Shown here piece after piece: positions 20,833-32,476 of a DNA stretch of 64,000 nt. Location: contig OZ245020.1 of the NCBI GenBank assembly GCA_965223865.1, forward strand, positions 736,001 to 800,000. The letters are read 5' to 3'. The translations under genes were made by a program, and so were the position numbers. The notes below the pieces were generated by a model. The model did not search any database, was not told the DNA's origin, and saw only the letters and a program-made list of their open reading frames with translations. Position 1 is the first letter of the stretch. Each line of letters opens with the position of its first letter. The DNA comes from Nitrosarchaeum sp. (GTDB lineage Archaea > Thermoproteota > Nitrososphaeria > Nitrososphaerales > Nitrosopumilaceae).

Positions 20833-21654
20833 ATGGCAACATCTAGGAACATTAGGACCAATTATTCATGCAGAAGTATGTGACACTATCAAAGTCGTTT
20901 TCAAGAATAATTCAGAAAAACTAGACTATTCTGTTCATCCTCATGGTGTCTTCTATGAGAAAGACTCTGAAGGAGCAGAATATATGATGGAACGTCTACA
21001 AATGACAAAGCTGATGGAATAGTTCCACCAGGACAAACACATACCTACATCTGGACTGTTCCTGAACGTGCTGGACCTGGACCAAATAATCCTAGCTCAA
21101 TAATCTGGATGTATCACTCCCATGTTGACACTCCTATGGATACCAATTCAGGACTTGTCGGCCCAATTGTTGTGACTGCTAAAGGAATGGCAGATGCCGA
21201 CGGCAGACCTGTTGATGTAGACCGAGAAATGGTAAGTCTGTTTACAGTGTCTGATGAAAATTCTAGTCATTATCTATGTGACAATCTAGAAAAATTCACA
21301 GATGAGACCTGTGACAACAAGGAATTGATAGGAGACGACGATTTTGCTGAAAGCAATCTCATGCACGGCATTAATGGATATGTATATGGTAACTTGCCAG
21401 GACAAACTGTTCAAAAAGGCGAACATGTACGTTGGTATCTAATAGGAATGGGAACAGAAGTTGATTTGCACACACCGCATTGGCACGGAAATACCGTCCT
21501 GTGGAATGGAATGAGAGTTGATGTAATGGAGTTGATGCCAGCAAGTCTAAAGACAGTTGACTTTGTTCCAGACAATGTGGGAACATGGATGTTTCATTGC
21601 CATGTCAATGATCATATTTCAGCAGGAATGATGTCACTATTCAAAGTGATCTAA
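20810..21654 (+). pseudogene. Two-domain multicopper oxidase, N-terminally truncated and frameshifted at about 20984
   Basis: HPHG, WMYHSH, HTPHWHG and HCHVNDHISAGM copper motifs. Confidence 0.85.
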
Positions 21655-21755
21655 TCCTTTTTCTTTTTTCATTTTATTTTACGCTTTTATGAAAACCAAT
21701 CAAAAACTAGTAATTTAATGAAAAAAGAAATAAAAAATATTAATTTTAGTCTGGC

Positions 21756-21983
21756 TCATAATGATATTTTTTGGATATCGTCTTGTAAATTAGTATTTGT
21801 CAATTGTTTTTGTAACTTGGATGTTATCATAATTTCTAATCCGTACGTGCAGTCAAAGTGAATTCTTTCTAATGTGGCATAACCACATTCAGGACAGATT
21901 TGTTGGATAGGCTGATCGCATTGAGAGCACTTTGATTCCATTTGAAGCCCAGTACCGCAATTTCTACATGACTCATCAGGCAT
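21756..21983 (-). CDS. Double-Zn finger protein (3 x CxxC + HxxC)
   Basis: MPDESCRNC...CSQC...CPEC...HFDC; GGAGGTGA upstream. Confidence 0.75.
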   Translation of the reverse strand: MPDESCRNCGTGLQMESKCSQCDQPIQQICPECGYATLERIHFDCTYGLEIMITSKLQKQLTNTNLQDDIQKISL

Positions 21984-22261
21984 CTCTATCACCTCCTTTT
22001 ACATTGCATGCTTGCCAAAAGAGATCATGTTCTCCACCTCCACTTGGAGAATTGATCTTGGAGTGCGGATATCTTGTTTAGATATTGGCCGAATATACCA
22101 AACTTGGTAAAATAATGATTTGATATACTTCTGGCCTGATCGAGTTGGCTATCAAACCACATCTGTTATTCACCATGTAACTTTCTCATCCAACAAACAT
22201 TAATTCTAGGCAACAACTGGCACGACAAATAATGCTTTTACAAGAAAAGTAATGCTGATTA

Positions 22262-22300
22262 TTTACTAGTAAATTCGTAATTTTACTACCCTCTATGAGT
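22262..22300 (+). promoter_or_regulatory. TACTRGTA-type promoter block, copy 1
   Basis: Gap-free alignment with 29625 and 42907; each begins 59 nt before an ATG. Confidence 0.65.
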
Positions 22301-22320
22301 AATTATTTTATATTAAGATC

Positions 22321-22473
22321 ATGAAAACACAAACACTTCAACCTGATCTTTTATCAACGGAGATAATTACTTGTGGCATATGCGAACAAGAGATAACACA
22401 ATACTATTCATATAATTACAAGGGTTACAGAGGAAAATGCTTACGCTGTGATACTGATTTCCCTTTGGATTGA
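22321..22473 (+). CDS. 50-aa Zn-ribbon microprotein ending DFPLD
   Basis: CGIC...YKGYRGKCLRCDTDFPLD; paralog at 44217. Confidence 0.75.
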   Translation: MKTQTLQPDLLSTEIITCGICEQEITQYYSYNYKGYRGKCLRCDTDFPLD

Positions 22474-22593
22474 TGATTGTTTGTAGAGCAAATCAGCTTT
22501 TTTAAAATTTCAACAAGAGATTCAAACTCATCTTTGTTTAATATTACAGTATCAGAGCCATGTCTATAATTAAATTAAAAAGAAAAAAATTGC

Positions 22594-23166
<573 letters not shown>

Positions 23167-23251
23167 CTAGAAGCATGAACTGCTTTTACTGAAACCTGTT
23201 GATTCATGACACATGTAATATTTTTTATTATATATAATATTTATTAAAATT

Positions 23252-23267
23252 TGTAATGTATATTACA
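23252..23267. promoter_or_regulatory. Palindromic box TGTAAT-N4-ATTACA
   Basis: Same box upstream of hsp20 genes. Confidence 0.55.
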
Positions 23268-23308
23268 TAAAAGTTAAAATCTGACAAAAATTGGCATTAT
23301 GTTTAATC

Positions 23309-23539
23309 TTAAACCAGCCTAGTTCCACACCTGGCACAATAATTCTCATTACATGCAATTTCACAAATTGGGCATACTTTGGTGTCCAATCCACGCGACT
23401 TGAATTTGATTAATCGTAGAAAAGGCAGAAATATCAACGGCAAAAAGAAAAAATAAATTCCAACCCACCACAACGCTACAGATATCGCAACTGCAGCTGA
23501 CGCGATGCACGTTGTAATTACTAAATTATGTTTATTCAT
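23309..23539 (-). CDS. Small membrane protein with C-terminal Zn ribbon
   Basis: Hydrophobic N-terminus; CPIC...CARCG. Confidence 0.7.
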   Translation of the reverse strand: MNKHNLVITTCIASAAVAISVALWWVGIYFFFLPLIFLPFLRLIKFKSRGLDTKVCPICEIACNENYCARCGTRLV

Positions 23540-23682
23540 TCCATCTTTTCTCCATGGTCAATTGAATCTGAGCAGTTTTTACACATATGGTAGCTGCATC
23601 CATCATGAAAATTACTGTAAACATATTCTATTTTTTCTTGCATATGGTAGACTAGAGGATCATCACAGATAATACAAGACAA
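23536..23682 (-). CDS. 48-aa Zn-finger microprotein
   Basis: TTG start, MSCIIC...CSYHMCKNC; ATGA overlap with the next gene. Confidence 0.6.
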   Translation of the reverse strand: MSCIICDDPLVYHMQEKIEYVYSNFHDGCSYHMCKNCSDSIDHGEKME

Positions 23683-23690
23683 GTATTCTC

Positions 23691-24624
23691 TCATCCAGAC
23701 TCACTTTCAGTTAATTTGCTTGAACCTATGGTATCCTTTAACAATAGTTTTCCAAACAGATGGTGTGCTTTTTTTACTACGTTTTCGGGACTGGCATCAG
23801 GTTCGGCAGAGATCAATATTATGTGATCCAAAATCGGCATGCTAACCATCAGGACCTTTCCTCTTTTTGATGCAAGATATTCTACAGGGCCCAAAGTATC
23901 ATCATGTTCCCTTCTCATTGCAACCTCAAGGCTTAGCTGCATGTACATGGACCTTCTCTTATAGTCATCTTCATGCGGAGTCAAACCTTCTCTGAACCTG
24001 CCCGCAATTAGATTTCCCATGTTGTTGATTACGCCACAAAATCTGACTTTGTCCCATATTAACATCTCATTGCACATGTATTCCAGCATTTTTTTTGATT
24101 TTTCTTCATCTAATTGTATACCAAGCTCAGAATTTTTCATTGTTGACAAGAACGCTATCTGTTTTAGGATTTTGTCTGGGTGCACTAGTTTTTTTAATAC
24201 CATGTACAATCCCTTGTTCATCAACTCATCAATTTTATCTTGTTCAATATCTAAACCTGTAAAAAGAATTTATTTTTTGTTTCTTGAGAATGTTAGCTTT
24301 GTCTAGCTGCCTCAATACCTCTAATCCCTTCTGTTTGGGCACTGGTATGTCTAAAAATACTGCATGAAAGTCTTGTTTTTCAAGTAATCTCAATCCTACA
24401 TCTAACATGTCTGTGGATTGCACATGATATCCATTACCTTTTAAAATACAAGACAAACGTTCAAGAATTTTTCTATTGTCGTCTATGATGAGAATATCTT
24501 TTATCTCTGATTCTGGATTCTCGATGTGTTTAATCTTTTTTTGTATGCGATTTTGCATACTATTTGTAGTTTTTAGACATGTCTTCTCCTGCTGATATTC
24601 TTGTTCGTACTGATGCTGCAACAT
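23691..24624 (-). pseudogene. Response-regulator receiver fused to a roadblock-like (DUF6659-type) domain; frameshift at about 24270
   Basis: ILIIDD...VFLDIP, then shifted KIILFTG...LKKLVHPDKIL completes the receiver; then VRFCGVINNMG. Confidence 0.75.
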
Positions 24625-24733
24625 TTCGCTCTAATTATGGTGAACATAAAATAAATTCTTTTTACAGCTGCAACGTGATTAGTAAAGACTCAACTTGACT
24701 GCAAAATAAGAATGATTTTCACAAACTCAAATC

Positions 24734-24904
24734 ATGAAAATCAAAAATGCTTTGACACAGATATTGTGTGCAATGACAGGGCATGACAAGTGTCTTGATA
24801 TAGATAGCAATACTGGCAAGTGGTTTGATTACTGTTCTTTATGCCACAAACGATGGGAAAACGAATCTCTCAATAATGTTGTATCTGGGGTGAAATCATC
24901 ATGA
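24734..24904 (+). CDS. 56-aa Zn-finger microprotein (LCxxxGH...CxxC)
   Basis: ILCAMTGHDKC...YCSLCHK; ATGA overlap with 24901. Confidence 0.6.
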   Translation: MKIKNALTQILCAMTGHDKCLDIDSNTGKWFDYCSLCHKRWENESLNNVVSGVKSS

Positions 24905-25170
24905 CCAAAGTTCACAGCAATGTTTACATTCCAAGAGAGTCATGGCCACACTGGACATGGTTTGCAATAGAGTTTTTCATTGTTCTTGCTGCATCTTTGT
25001 TGATTGCCAGCGAGATTATGGTAACAGTGTTTGATGATACAGAAATGGGTGAAACTATTCAGAACTGGATATTTTGGAGTATAGTTGGAATTTTATTTTT
25101 TATGTGGTATATCATACTGCGAGGACTGGTCTTAAAAAGAACCATATTGGAAAATAGATACTACCATTAA
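24901..25170 (+). CDS. Small 2-TM membrane protein
   Basis: Two hydrophobic helices. Confidence 0.7.
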   Translation: MTKVHSNVYIPRESWPHWTWFAIEFFIVLAASLLIASEIMVTVFDDTEMGETIQNWIFWSIVGILFFMWYIILRGLVLKRTILENRYYH

Positions 25171-25334
25171 TTTTCTTTAGGGTATGTAGAAATAATTTTT
25201 ACATGCTTTCGATCTATTCTAAATACTTCATATTTACCATATTTTCTTTTTGGCTCTTGACCATTCAACATACCTCATTACTATTAGCTGAACATGATAC
25301 TGCAGTTAATACACAATCATCACACAATATGATC

Positions 25335-25433
25335 ATGAACATCTTAAAAAAATGCCTACATTGCGGTAAAGAATTTGCAAGCAAGTTTGAGAAAATCTGC
25401 TCTTACAAATGTGCAAATGAGATATCAACATGA
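25335..25433 (+). CDS. 32-aa CxHC...CSxxC Zn-finger microprotein
   Basis: MNILKKCLHCGKEFASKFEKICSYKCANEIST. Confidence 0.7.
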   Translation: MNILKKCLHCGKEFASKFEKICSYKCANEIST

Positions 25434-25465
25434 ATTTACAGTTTACCAAGAGGTGATGGTGTACA

Positions 25466-26080
25466 GTGACAGAATTACTTTATGTTTCAGACACGTTTGG
25501 GTACGATCTTGCCCAGATGGTGATAACACTTTTTGTTGTAATGGATCCGATTGGAACCATACCAATAATCATGGGATTGACTCAGAAATTAGAACCTAAA
25601 GAAAAAAAATCACTTATGAAAAATGCCATAATCACAGTAGCAATTCTTCTTTTTGTATTTGCATTAGTCGGAAATCATCTGCTTTCACTTTTTAATGTGG
25701 AAATTGCAAGTTTTATGATCGCAGGAGGTATACTGTTGTTTATTGTATCAATAGAATTTTTGACACATGGTGAATGGAGAGTGGGGGGCGGAAATCTCAA
25801 ACATGAATCAGGTATTGTGCCATTAGCATTTCCACTGCTTTCAGGTCCAGGTGCTTTGACTGTAGTCATGATATCTTATCAAACCGTAGGTTTGCTCACT
25901 ACAATAATTGCAATCGCAATAGTTGTTGCCATGTCGTATTTTGTCTTGGCACTAACAAATCCCATTTACAAACTGTTGGGAAAGAGAGGTTCCATAATAG
26001 TTACAAGAGTATTTGCAATTTTCATTGCAGCGTTTGGAATACAGTTCATATTAAATGGAATACATGAAGTTTTTCTTTAA
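25466..26080 (+). CDS. marC: MarC family membrane protein
   Basis: LFVVMDPIG, IAGGILL, IVPLAFPLLSGPG. Confidence 0.9.
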   Translation: MTELLYVSDTFGYDLAQMVITLFVVMDPIGTIPIIMGLTQKLEPKEKKSLMKNAIITVAILLFVFALVGNHLLSLFNVEIASFMIAGGILLFIVSIEFLTHGEWRVGGGNLKHESGIVPLAFPLLSGPGALTVVMISYQTVGLLTTIIAIAIVVAMSYFVLALTNPIYKLLGKRGSIIVTRVFAIFIAAFGIQFILNGIHEVFL

Positions 26081-26108
26081 TAAGACACATTCAAAAATTA
26101 ACAAAAAT

Positions 26109-26759
26109 CTATTTGGTTCTTGCAATCTCTGAACGCAGTACATCATATGCTCTTGCTGCGTTCTGCTCACTTAGAACGATGATTATGCTATCCTGGCTAA
26201 AGTACGCATTGATGATTTCAATTCCTTGTGAATGCAGAGCTTCGGCAACATAAGAGACCACATCAGAGCGGTTTTGTGTAGGAGGGATTGAGATTTTTAT
26301 TTTTGCCAGTCCTGTACTGAACATTTTTTCTCGGTTTGGATGGCTCTCAAAAATCTGTCTAATATCATCTACATCTTCAGTTAGAAATCTAAATGAATCT
26401 GAAAGTCTGAAAAAGTCATAATTGTTTGTGATCTTTGAGAACTTGTCAATAATATCAACCGCATCCATATCAGAGTCCTTTACTGAAAATTTGATATCCA
26501 TTATTCCATCTGTCAACGCAAGTCTGGCATTTTTGAGGACTGATTCTTCCTTAACATCTTCTTTATCTTCAAAAGAATCTGCGTATCGTTTTATTGCAAC
26601 AACAATAGTGTTGAGATTTACAGAATTTCCTAATATCTTTTCAACCTCTGGTTGAACCTTTACAGCTAACGCGGTATAGTTTATGATGTCCATCTTCATA
26701 CAATCATAGATGGATCTGTTGCGTGTGATTATCTCCCGAACAATTTCAGGTATCGACAT
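26109..26759 (-). CDS. Protein with HTH-like N-terminus and C-terminal ACT domain (candidate regulator)
   Basis: INYTALA...LNTIVVAIKRY; ACT-like VVSYVAEALHSQGIEI; divergent from hsp20-cdc48. Confidence 0.75.
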   Translation of the reverse strand: MSIPEIVREIITRNRSIYDCMKMDIINYTALAVKVQPEVEKILGNSVNLNTIVVAIKRYADSFEDKEDVKEESVLKNARLALTDGIMDIKFSVKDSDMDAVDIIDKFSKITNNYDFFRLSDSFRFLTEDVDDIRQIFESHPNREKMFSTGLAKIKISIPPTQNRSDVVSYVAEALHSQGIEIINAYFSQDSIIIVLSEQNAARAYDVLRSEIARTK

Positions 26760-26840
26760 TTATCCTCAATAGAATTATTATATGTTAGTTATAATAATAT
26801 TTTGTAAAAATTTGTTATAATTATAATAAAACATATATAT

Positions 26841-26856
26841 TGTAATATGTATTACA
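26841..26856. promoter_or_regulatory. Palindromic box TGTAAT-N4-ATTACA
   Basis: Directly after TATATAT, 15 nt before the hsp20 ATG. Confidence 0.6.
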
Positions 26857-26870
26857 TTACACAGGTGAAT

Positions 26871-27374
26871 ATGACAATGTTCTTTGACGACGAATTTGAC
26901 AGAATCTTCAAGAGAATGTCTCACTCATTCGTAAATCTTGATGATCTGGTAAATGAATTCAAGGACACGCACAACCTTACTTCCGGTCCCTACTATTACG
27001 GATACACGTTGACTACCGGACCTGATGGAAAGCCCATTCTCAAAGAGTATGGAAATGTCAAACCAGGACTGTTGCCTGGTTCAGATACCAGAGACCCAGT
27101 AGTTGATACCGTACTTGATGAGAAAGAAAAGACAGTCAAACTCGTAGCTGAGATGCCTGGTGTTGACAAGTCCAACATCAATGTGGTAATTGAAGACAAC
27201 ATAGTCCAGATTGATGCAGAACAAGACAAGAAAAAGTATCATTCCAGGGTACCACTGCAAGTAAAAGTAGATGAGAATTCCGTAAAAGCATCCTACAAGA
27301 ACGGCATACTGGAAGTTGCGCTAAAGCTCCTTGAAGAAGAAAAGCCAAAAGGCAAAAAGGTGGAGGTGAACTAA
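26871..27374 (+). CDS. hsp20: Archaeal small heat-shock protein
   Basis: GPDGKP, AEMPGV, YKNGILEV, terminal VEV. Confidence 0.92.
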   Translation: MTMFFDDEFDRIFKRMSHSFVNLDDLVNEFKDTHNLTSGPYYYGYTLTTGPDGKPILKEYGNVKPGLLPGSDTRDPVVDTVLDEKEKTVKLVAEMPGVDKSNINVVIEDNIVQIDAEQDKKKYHSRVPLQVKVDENSVKASYKNGILEVALKLLEEEKPKGKKVEVN

Positions 27375-27399
27375 GTCTTCATCTTTGAATTTTTTCTAG

Positions 27400-29589
27400 G
27401 TGATGAGAATAATGAAAATGAATGACAATAATATTGAATTAAAGATTGATGAGATTCCACAACAGCATGTAGGACGTGGAAGAGCAATAGTTGATCCCAA
27501 GATCATTGAAGATACCAAATGGAGTACCGGACAAATTTTAGAATTAACGTACAATAAAAAAACACACGTAAAGTTGTGGCCAGGAACACCGGAGGAATAT
27601 GGAGCTGGAATTATCAAGATAGACGGAATTACCAGACAAAACATTGGAGCTGGCATTGGTGACAAGATTACCATCAAGGCTGTAGAAGCTGCAGATGCAA
27701 AACAGATTGTCTTGTCTCCAACTGAAAAGATTCAGACAGAGGGATTACAAGATTATATGATTCACAATTATCTTAACCATGTCTTCACAACTGGTGACAC
27801 AATTTCTCTTAACACGCAGATGGGCGGAAAGGTACAATTCATTATAACAAGTACAGAACCATCAAAGCCCGTAATTGTCACTGAAGATACATCATTCAAG
27901 CTTGGCTCAATGACAAAAGCAGTTGATGCAACGATTCCACGTGTGACATACGATGATCTTGGAGGACTAAAAAATGAAGTCCAAAAGATTCGTGAGATGG
28001 TTGAACTACCAATGAGGCATCCAGAACTTTTTGAAAAAATCGGAGTTGAAGCTCCAAAAGGAGTACTGCTTTATGGACCTCCTGGAACTGGAAAGACTCT
28101 GCTTGCCAAAGCCGTAGCTGGTGAGACTAATGCCAATTTCACTTCGCTTAGCGGTCCTGAAATCATGGGCAAGTATTATGGAGAAAGTGAGGAAAGAATC
28201 AGAGACATATTCAAACAAGCTGAAGAAAATGCTCCAAGCATAATATTCATTGATGAAATTGACTCTATTGCGCCAAAAAGAGAAGAGGTTACAGGAGAGG
28301 TAGAAAAGAGAATAGTATCTCAGCTTTTGACGCTACTAGATGGAATGAAGAGTAGAGGAAAAGTAGTAGTCATTGCAGCTACCAACAGACCGGACTCGAT
28401 TGATCCAGCATTAAGAAGACCCGGCAGATTTGACAGAGAGATAGAGATTGGAATCCCAGACGAAGAGGGAAGAAAAGACATTCTTGCCATCCACACCAGA
28501 GGAATGCCAATTGATGAGAAAGTTGACCTTGATGGTATTTCAAAAATAACACATGGTTTTGTAGGAGCTGATCTTGAGATACTTGCAAAAGAGGCAGCTA
28601 TGAGATCTTTGCGAAAAATACTTCCAGACATTGATCTTGATCAAGAAAAGATATCCTCAGAGATTCTGCAAAAAATCAAGGTCACAAGCGATGACTTCAA
28701 AGATGCATTAAAGGAAGTAAAACCATCAGCATTACGTGAAGTTCTAGTCCAGATTCCAAATGTAACATGGTCTGATGTTGGTGGATTAGATGAACTAAAA
28801 GAAGAGCTACGAGAGACAGTAGAGTGGCCATTAAAACACAAAGAGGCATTTGATTATGTTGATGTCAAACCTCCAAAAGGCGTACTGCTTTATGGACCTC
28901 CTGGTACTGGAAAGACATTGATTGCAAAGGCTTTGGCAAAAACAACCGAGTCCAACTTTATCAGCATAAAGGGACCCGAACTTCTTTCAAAATGGGTCGG
29001 AGAATCTGAAAAAGGAGTTAGAGAAATATTCAGGAAAGCAAGACAAGCAGCTCCATGTATCATTTTCTTTGATGAGATTGATGCACTAGTACCAAGAAGA
29101 AGTGGCGGAGATTCATCACATGTCTCAGAAAATGTAGTGTCTCAGATTCTTACTGAGATAGATGGTTTGGAAGAATTACATGATGTGCTGATAGTTGGTG
29201 CAACAAACAGACTCGATATAGTTGATGAAGCATTGTTACGACCTGGTAGATTTGATAGAATAGTGGAAGTACCAATACCTGATGCAAAGAGTAGGGAACA
29301 TATCTTCAAGATTCACACCAGAAAGAAGCCTCTTGATACTGACGTCAAGATATCTGAAATTGTTGAACGTACAGAAGGATTTAGCGGAGCTGAGATAGAA
29401 GCAATAGCTAACAGGGCAGCAATTGCAGCACTAAAAAAACACATAGAGAGCAAGTCCGAAGATGTCAAAAACATCAAGATTTCCCATCAAGATGTAATTG
29501 ATGCTATTGAGAAATTAAAGCCAGAGTTACCAACAAAACAACTCCAGCAACACAACATAAAACCTGAAAAACCAGATCCCGCAAACTAG
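27400..29589 (+). CDS. cdc48: CDC48/VAT AAA+ ATPase
   Basis: N-domain plus two AAA modules ([12 protein letters not shown], ALxRPGRFDR). Confidence 0.96.
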   Translation: MMRIMKMNDNNIELKIDEIPQQHVGRGRAIVDPKIIEDTKWSTGQILELTYNKKTHVKLWPGTPEEYGAGIIKIDGITRQNIGAGIGDKITIKAVEAADAKQIVLSPTEKIQTEGLQDYMIHNYLNHVFTTGDTISLNTQMGGKVQFIITSTEPSKPVIVTEDTSFKLGSMTKAVDATIPRVTYDDLGGLKNEVQKIREMVELPMRHPELFEKIGVEAPKGVLLYGPPGTGKTLLAKAVAGETNANFTSLSGPEIMGKYYGESEERIRDIFKQAEENAPSIIFIDEIDSIAPKREEVTGEVEKRIVSQLLTLLDGMKSRGKVVVIAATNRPDSIDPALRRPGRFDREIEIGIPDEEGRKDILAIHTRGMPIDEKVDLDGISKITHGFVGADLEILAKEAAMRSLRKILPDIDLDQEKISSEILQKIKVTSDDFKDALKEVKPSALREVLVQIPNVTWSDVGGLDELKEELRETVEWPLKHKEAFDYVDVKPPKGVLLYGPPGTGKTLIAKALAKTTESNFISIKGPELLSKWVGESEKGVREIFRKARQAAPCIIFFDEIDALVPRRSGGDSSHVSENVVSQILTEIDGLEELHDVLIVGATNRLDIVDEALLRPGRFDRIVEVPIPDAKSREHIFKIHTRKKPLDTDVKISEIVERTEGFSGAEIEAIANRAAIAALKKHIESKSEDVKNIKISHQDVIDAIEKLKPELPTKQLQQHNIKPEKPDPAN

Positions 29590-29624
29590 AAAAAATGAAT
29601 TTCTAACACAGGTAAAGGCTAAAG

Positions 29625-29663
29625 CTTACTGGTAAAACTTTCAGTTGACTCTAATCTATTAAT
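29625..29663 (+). promoter_or_regulatory. TACTRGTA-type promoter block, copy 2
   Basis: cttactggta...ttgac...tctattaat, 59 nt before ATG 29684. Confidence 0.6.
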
Positions 29664-29683
29664 ATCAAATCATTACTATAGTC

Positions 29684-29887
29684 ATGACAACACAAACCTT
29701 TCAAAAGAATCCCACAAGCACCTGGGACAAAATGGTGCATGCCCCATTCAAGAAGGTAGTTGCTTTTGATCTTCTATGCATGGCAATAGGAATGCCTATA
29801 GGTGCAGGAATATTGGCTGCCTTTATTTATGGGGCTGAGCCGGTAACAGACGCTCTGCAAACGGTTTCAAAGATTTGGGGAGGTTAG
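29684..29887 (+). CDS. Small membrane protein (WDKMVHAPF motif)
   Basis: Paralog at 42966. Confidence 0.75.
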   Translation: MTTQTFQKNPTSTWDKMVHAPFKKVVAFDLLCMAIGMPIGAGILAAFIYGAEPVTDALQTVSKIWGG

Positions 29888-29889
29888 AA

Positions 29890-30066
29890 ATGCCAGACGA
29901 GTCTTGCAGAAGATGTGGGGCTGAACTGGAGATAAGGAAAGCTTGCCAAGAGTGCAAGTCTCCCATCTTATTTTTCTGTTCTCACTGCAACTATGAACCA
30001 GACGAATGGATTCATGCAAATTGTATGATTGCGATGAAACAACAGTTGATGTCAATAACTGCATAA
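29890..30066 (+). CDS. Double-Zn finger protein
   Basis: MPDESCRRC...CQEC...CSHC...HANC. Confidence 0.75.
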   Translation: MPDESCRRCGAELEIRKACQECKSPILFFCSHCNYEPDEWIHANCMIAMKQQLMSITA

Positions 30067-30207
30067 TAATACTACACAACTTCAAGTTTCGTCTTTCGAA
30101 GGGTTCATCAAGGTGTTGGGCTGGACCGCCCAACATCAACATTTTACTTTTCCTAGGTTGATGCAGATCGAACCAAAATTTAATTGCCTCAAATAACGCG
30201 ATATGCT

Positions 30208-30450
30208 ATGGCCAAGGGCATAATAATAGGAGTCATTGTTGCTGCAGTTACCATAGGACTAATTTTGACATACACCAATACCTATGATGTGCTAAAGCCC
30301 GAAGTAGAACCAGGAGTTGATACGGCAAAAGATGCAATATCTAAGATAGATGGTGATGACGTGGTAGAAAAAGCAGGAGAGGTCACAGATAAGATAAAGG
30401 ATGTGACTGGTAAAATCAAAGTAAACAACCCATTAGAACCAAAAGAGTAA
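30208..30450 (+). CDS. Single-TM small protein with charged helical tail
   Basis: N-terminal hydrophobic helix, K/D/E-rich tail. Confidence 0.65.
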   Translation: MAKGIIIGVIVAAVTIGLILTYTNTYDVLKPEVEPGVDTAKDAISKIDGDDVVEKAGEVTDKIKDVTGKIKVNNPLEPKE

Positions 30451-30531
30451 TGAATTGAAATTCTATTGACCTAGATCGAATACAAAATTAATCAAATCTT
30501 TCAAATTGTCTTTATAGGAAATGAAAATCCC

Positions 30532-30657
30532 ATGAAGGAGTTGTTAAGATTTAGGGGGTTATGCAAGCAATGTTACTCATCTGGTGTTGAACTGGTATTA
30601 AATGAAGAAACATTTGAAGCAGCTTGTGACAAGTGCAGAAGTTCTAATAACGTCTGA
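30532..30657 (+). CDS. 41-aa Zn-finger microprotein
   Basis: GLCKQCYSSG...ACDKCR. Confidence 0.55.
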   Translation: MKELLRFRGLCKQCYSSGVELVLNEETFEAACDKCRSSNNV

Positions 30658-30698
30658 TTTCTGGGCAAGATCTATAAACCATAATTTTTGAAAACCAC

Positions 30699-30791
30699 AT
30701 GTTGAATGAATCTGCTGCACCATGCCCAAGTTGCATGATAGAGCACGCATCAGGAGTTGGTTGTTCCTGTGACTGCCATGGAAACAAGTAA
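30699..30791 (+). CDS. 30-aa Cys/His-rich microprotein
   Basis: MLNESAAPCPSCMIEHASGVGCSCDCHGNK. Confidence 0.7.
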   Translation: MLNESAAPCPSCMIEHASGVGCSCDCHGNK

Positions 30792-30846
30792 TATCCTTTA
30801 CGAATGACTTCTCAACACTGGTTTAATGTCCAGCAAGTCATTTCAC

Positions 30847-31076
30847 ATGTGGAAACCACATATTCTTGTAAAGTGTGATGACAATGAAGAGGGGGATGAC
30901 ATATTAGACAATATAAAATCCATCAAGGAAGTAAAAAAGTTGAAAAGACGTTTGGCGCATACAATGCAGTGATAAAACTAGAGGCAGAATCCATCTCAAA
31001 GATCAAAAATATAATGTCTGAGAAGATAAGAAACAGACAAGGAATTCAAAGTACACTGACACTTGTAACCGCATAG
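30847..31076 (+). pseudogene. Lrp/AsnC ligand-binding domain, one base missing in an A6 run at about 30935
   Basis: HILVKCDD... / VEKTFGAYNAVIKLEAE; paralog of 20000. Confidence 0.8.
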
Positions 31077-31138
31077 CTGTTGCAGCAGCAACTCTTTGTC
31101 AGTAAGATCTATAAGTAAAGATCTTCTTGTCAAGTGAG

Positions 31139-31246
31139 ATGTCTGGTTCTATTTCAAAATGGTGGGAAGGAATAAAAAAATTAAAAGATGACATTGAATG
31201 CGATGTTTTGAATCGGGATTTGGATGTAAATGTTTTAGATGCTTGA
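31139..31246 (+). CDS. 35-aa WWEG microprotein
   Basis: MSGSISKWWEGIKKLKDDIECD... Confidence 0.6.
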   Translation: MSGSISKWWEGIKKLKDDIECDVLNRDLDVNVLDA

Positions 31247-31336
31247 GTATTTTACATGAGTAAAAATCCAACTTGTCACATTCACCATAGTATTTGCTGC
31301 AATGCTAGTTAAAATAAAATAGAGTTAATGGATTGC

Positions 31337-31525
31337 TTATTCCAATTTTGCTTTTGCTTTTTTGATCATTGCCATCTCTTCTTTGAGATGTTTTTTTAGA
31401 ACACGTTCATGGTCTTTTTTGTGCGAACTGTATGCCTTGTTTAATGCCTGTTTTGTTTTTGCTTTTTTTATTGCAGCATTGAATTTTTTATGAATTGTGT
31501 TCACTTGGGCAGTATAGCTTGCCAT
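31337..31525 (-). CDS. Small basic helical protein (62 aa)
   Basis: K/A/H-rich; TTTAAA upstream. Confidence 0.7.
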   Translation of the reverse strand: MASYTAQVNTIHKKFNAAIKKAKTKQALNKAYSSHKKDHERVLKKHLKEEMAMIKKAKAKLE

Positions 31526-31572
31526 GAGTAGTTTTTTTGTTCATTGTTTAAATTGTATCATTAAAGCAAAAA

Positions 31573-32475
31573 TTAGACATTCTTGTCTAGTTTTACATAT
31601 TTTGAAAATTCCTTGACTCTGTTACGTATTGTTATTGCAGACACACCAGACGTTTTTGAAATAACATTCTGTGACACATTTGCGTTCGTTTTGATGCAAA
31701 CCATGTAGACTATGGCAGTAGCTATTGCTTCTGGTCTTTTTCCCGCAATTATCTTTTTTTCGTTTAGTGTATCATAGATTAGTACCGCCTCTCTCTTTGC
31801 GGCTTCAGAAATATTCAAGTTGTTTGCAAGCTTGATTATGCTTTGAGTGGGATCTGCCATTGGGACACTCAACCCAAGTTTTCTGAACAGAACACGGTAT
31901 GACTTTGCAATCGTCTTTCTTTTCTCGTGCAGATGGTTCGATATCTCTATTATGGTTCTGTGTGCATTCATGTCACGGCATGCAGCATACATACATGCAC
32001 CAACTATGGATTTTACTGTTCTTCCTTGTATAAGATTGGCCTCAGAGGATTTTCTATATAGAAATGAGGCTCTTTCTATAATGGCATCGTTTAGGCCGAG
32101 TTTCTCCTTTAGTTTACTCATCTCGCCAAGTGCAATGCGCAGATTGCGCTCAGAAGTGGACTTGACCTTGCTCCTGGAATCCCAGACCCTCATTCGTTTT
32201 AATGCATGCCGCATCTCCAGGACTAGCGGCTTTCCATCTGAGTCACAGTCAACTTTGCCAATCATGGTAGATAAGCCTCGATCATGCATTGTCAAAGATG
32301 TTGCCGCCCCCGTTCTTGCATTTTCCATAAAATTATCATGAAATATTTCAGCACGTTCATCACTGATTCTTTGTTCGATTACTTTTCCGCACTTTGTACA
32401 GATTTTTTCTCCTCTGTCTTGATCATATGCAAGTTTCTCATGAGAACAAGAAAGCAGAAAAGAAGATCGTTGCAT
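31573..32475 (-). CDS. tfb: Transcription initiation factor IIB, divergent paralog
   Basis: Zn ribbon, HDRGLST, ERNL, two cyclin repeats. Confidence 0.92.
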   Translation of the reverse strand: MQRSSFLLSCSHEKLAYDQDRGEKICTKCGKVIEQRISDERAEIFHDNFMENARTGAATSLTMHDRGLSTMIGKVDCDSDGKPLVLEMRHALKRMRVWDSRSKVKSTSERNLRIALGEMSKLKEKLGLNDAIIERASFLYRKSSEANLIQGRTVKSIVGACMYAACRDMNAHRTIIEISNHLHEKRKTIAKSYRVLFRKLGLSVPMADPTQSIIKLANNLNISEAAKREAVLIYDTLNEKKIIAGKRPEAIATAIVYMVCIKTNANVSQNVISKTSGVSAITIRNRVKEFSKYVKLDKNV

Positions 32476-32476
32476 G

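Noticed and set aside
30160-30495. Repeated ttga...agatcgaa...aaaatt upstream motif at about 30165 and 30473
   Set aside because: Only two copies, with inconsistent distance to start codons
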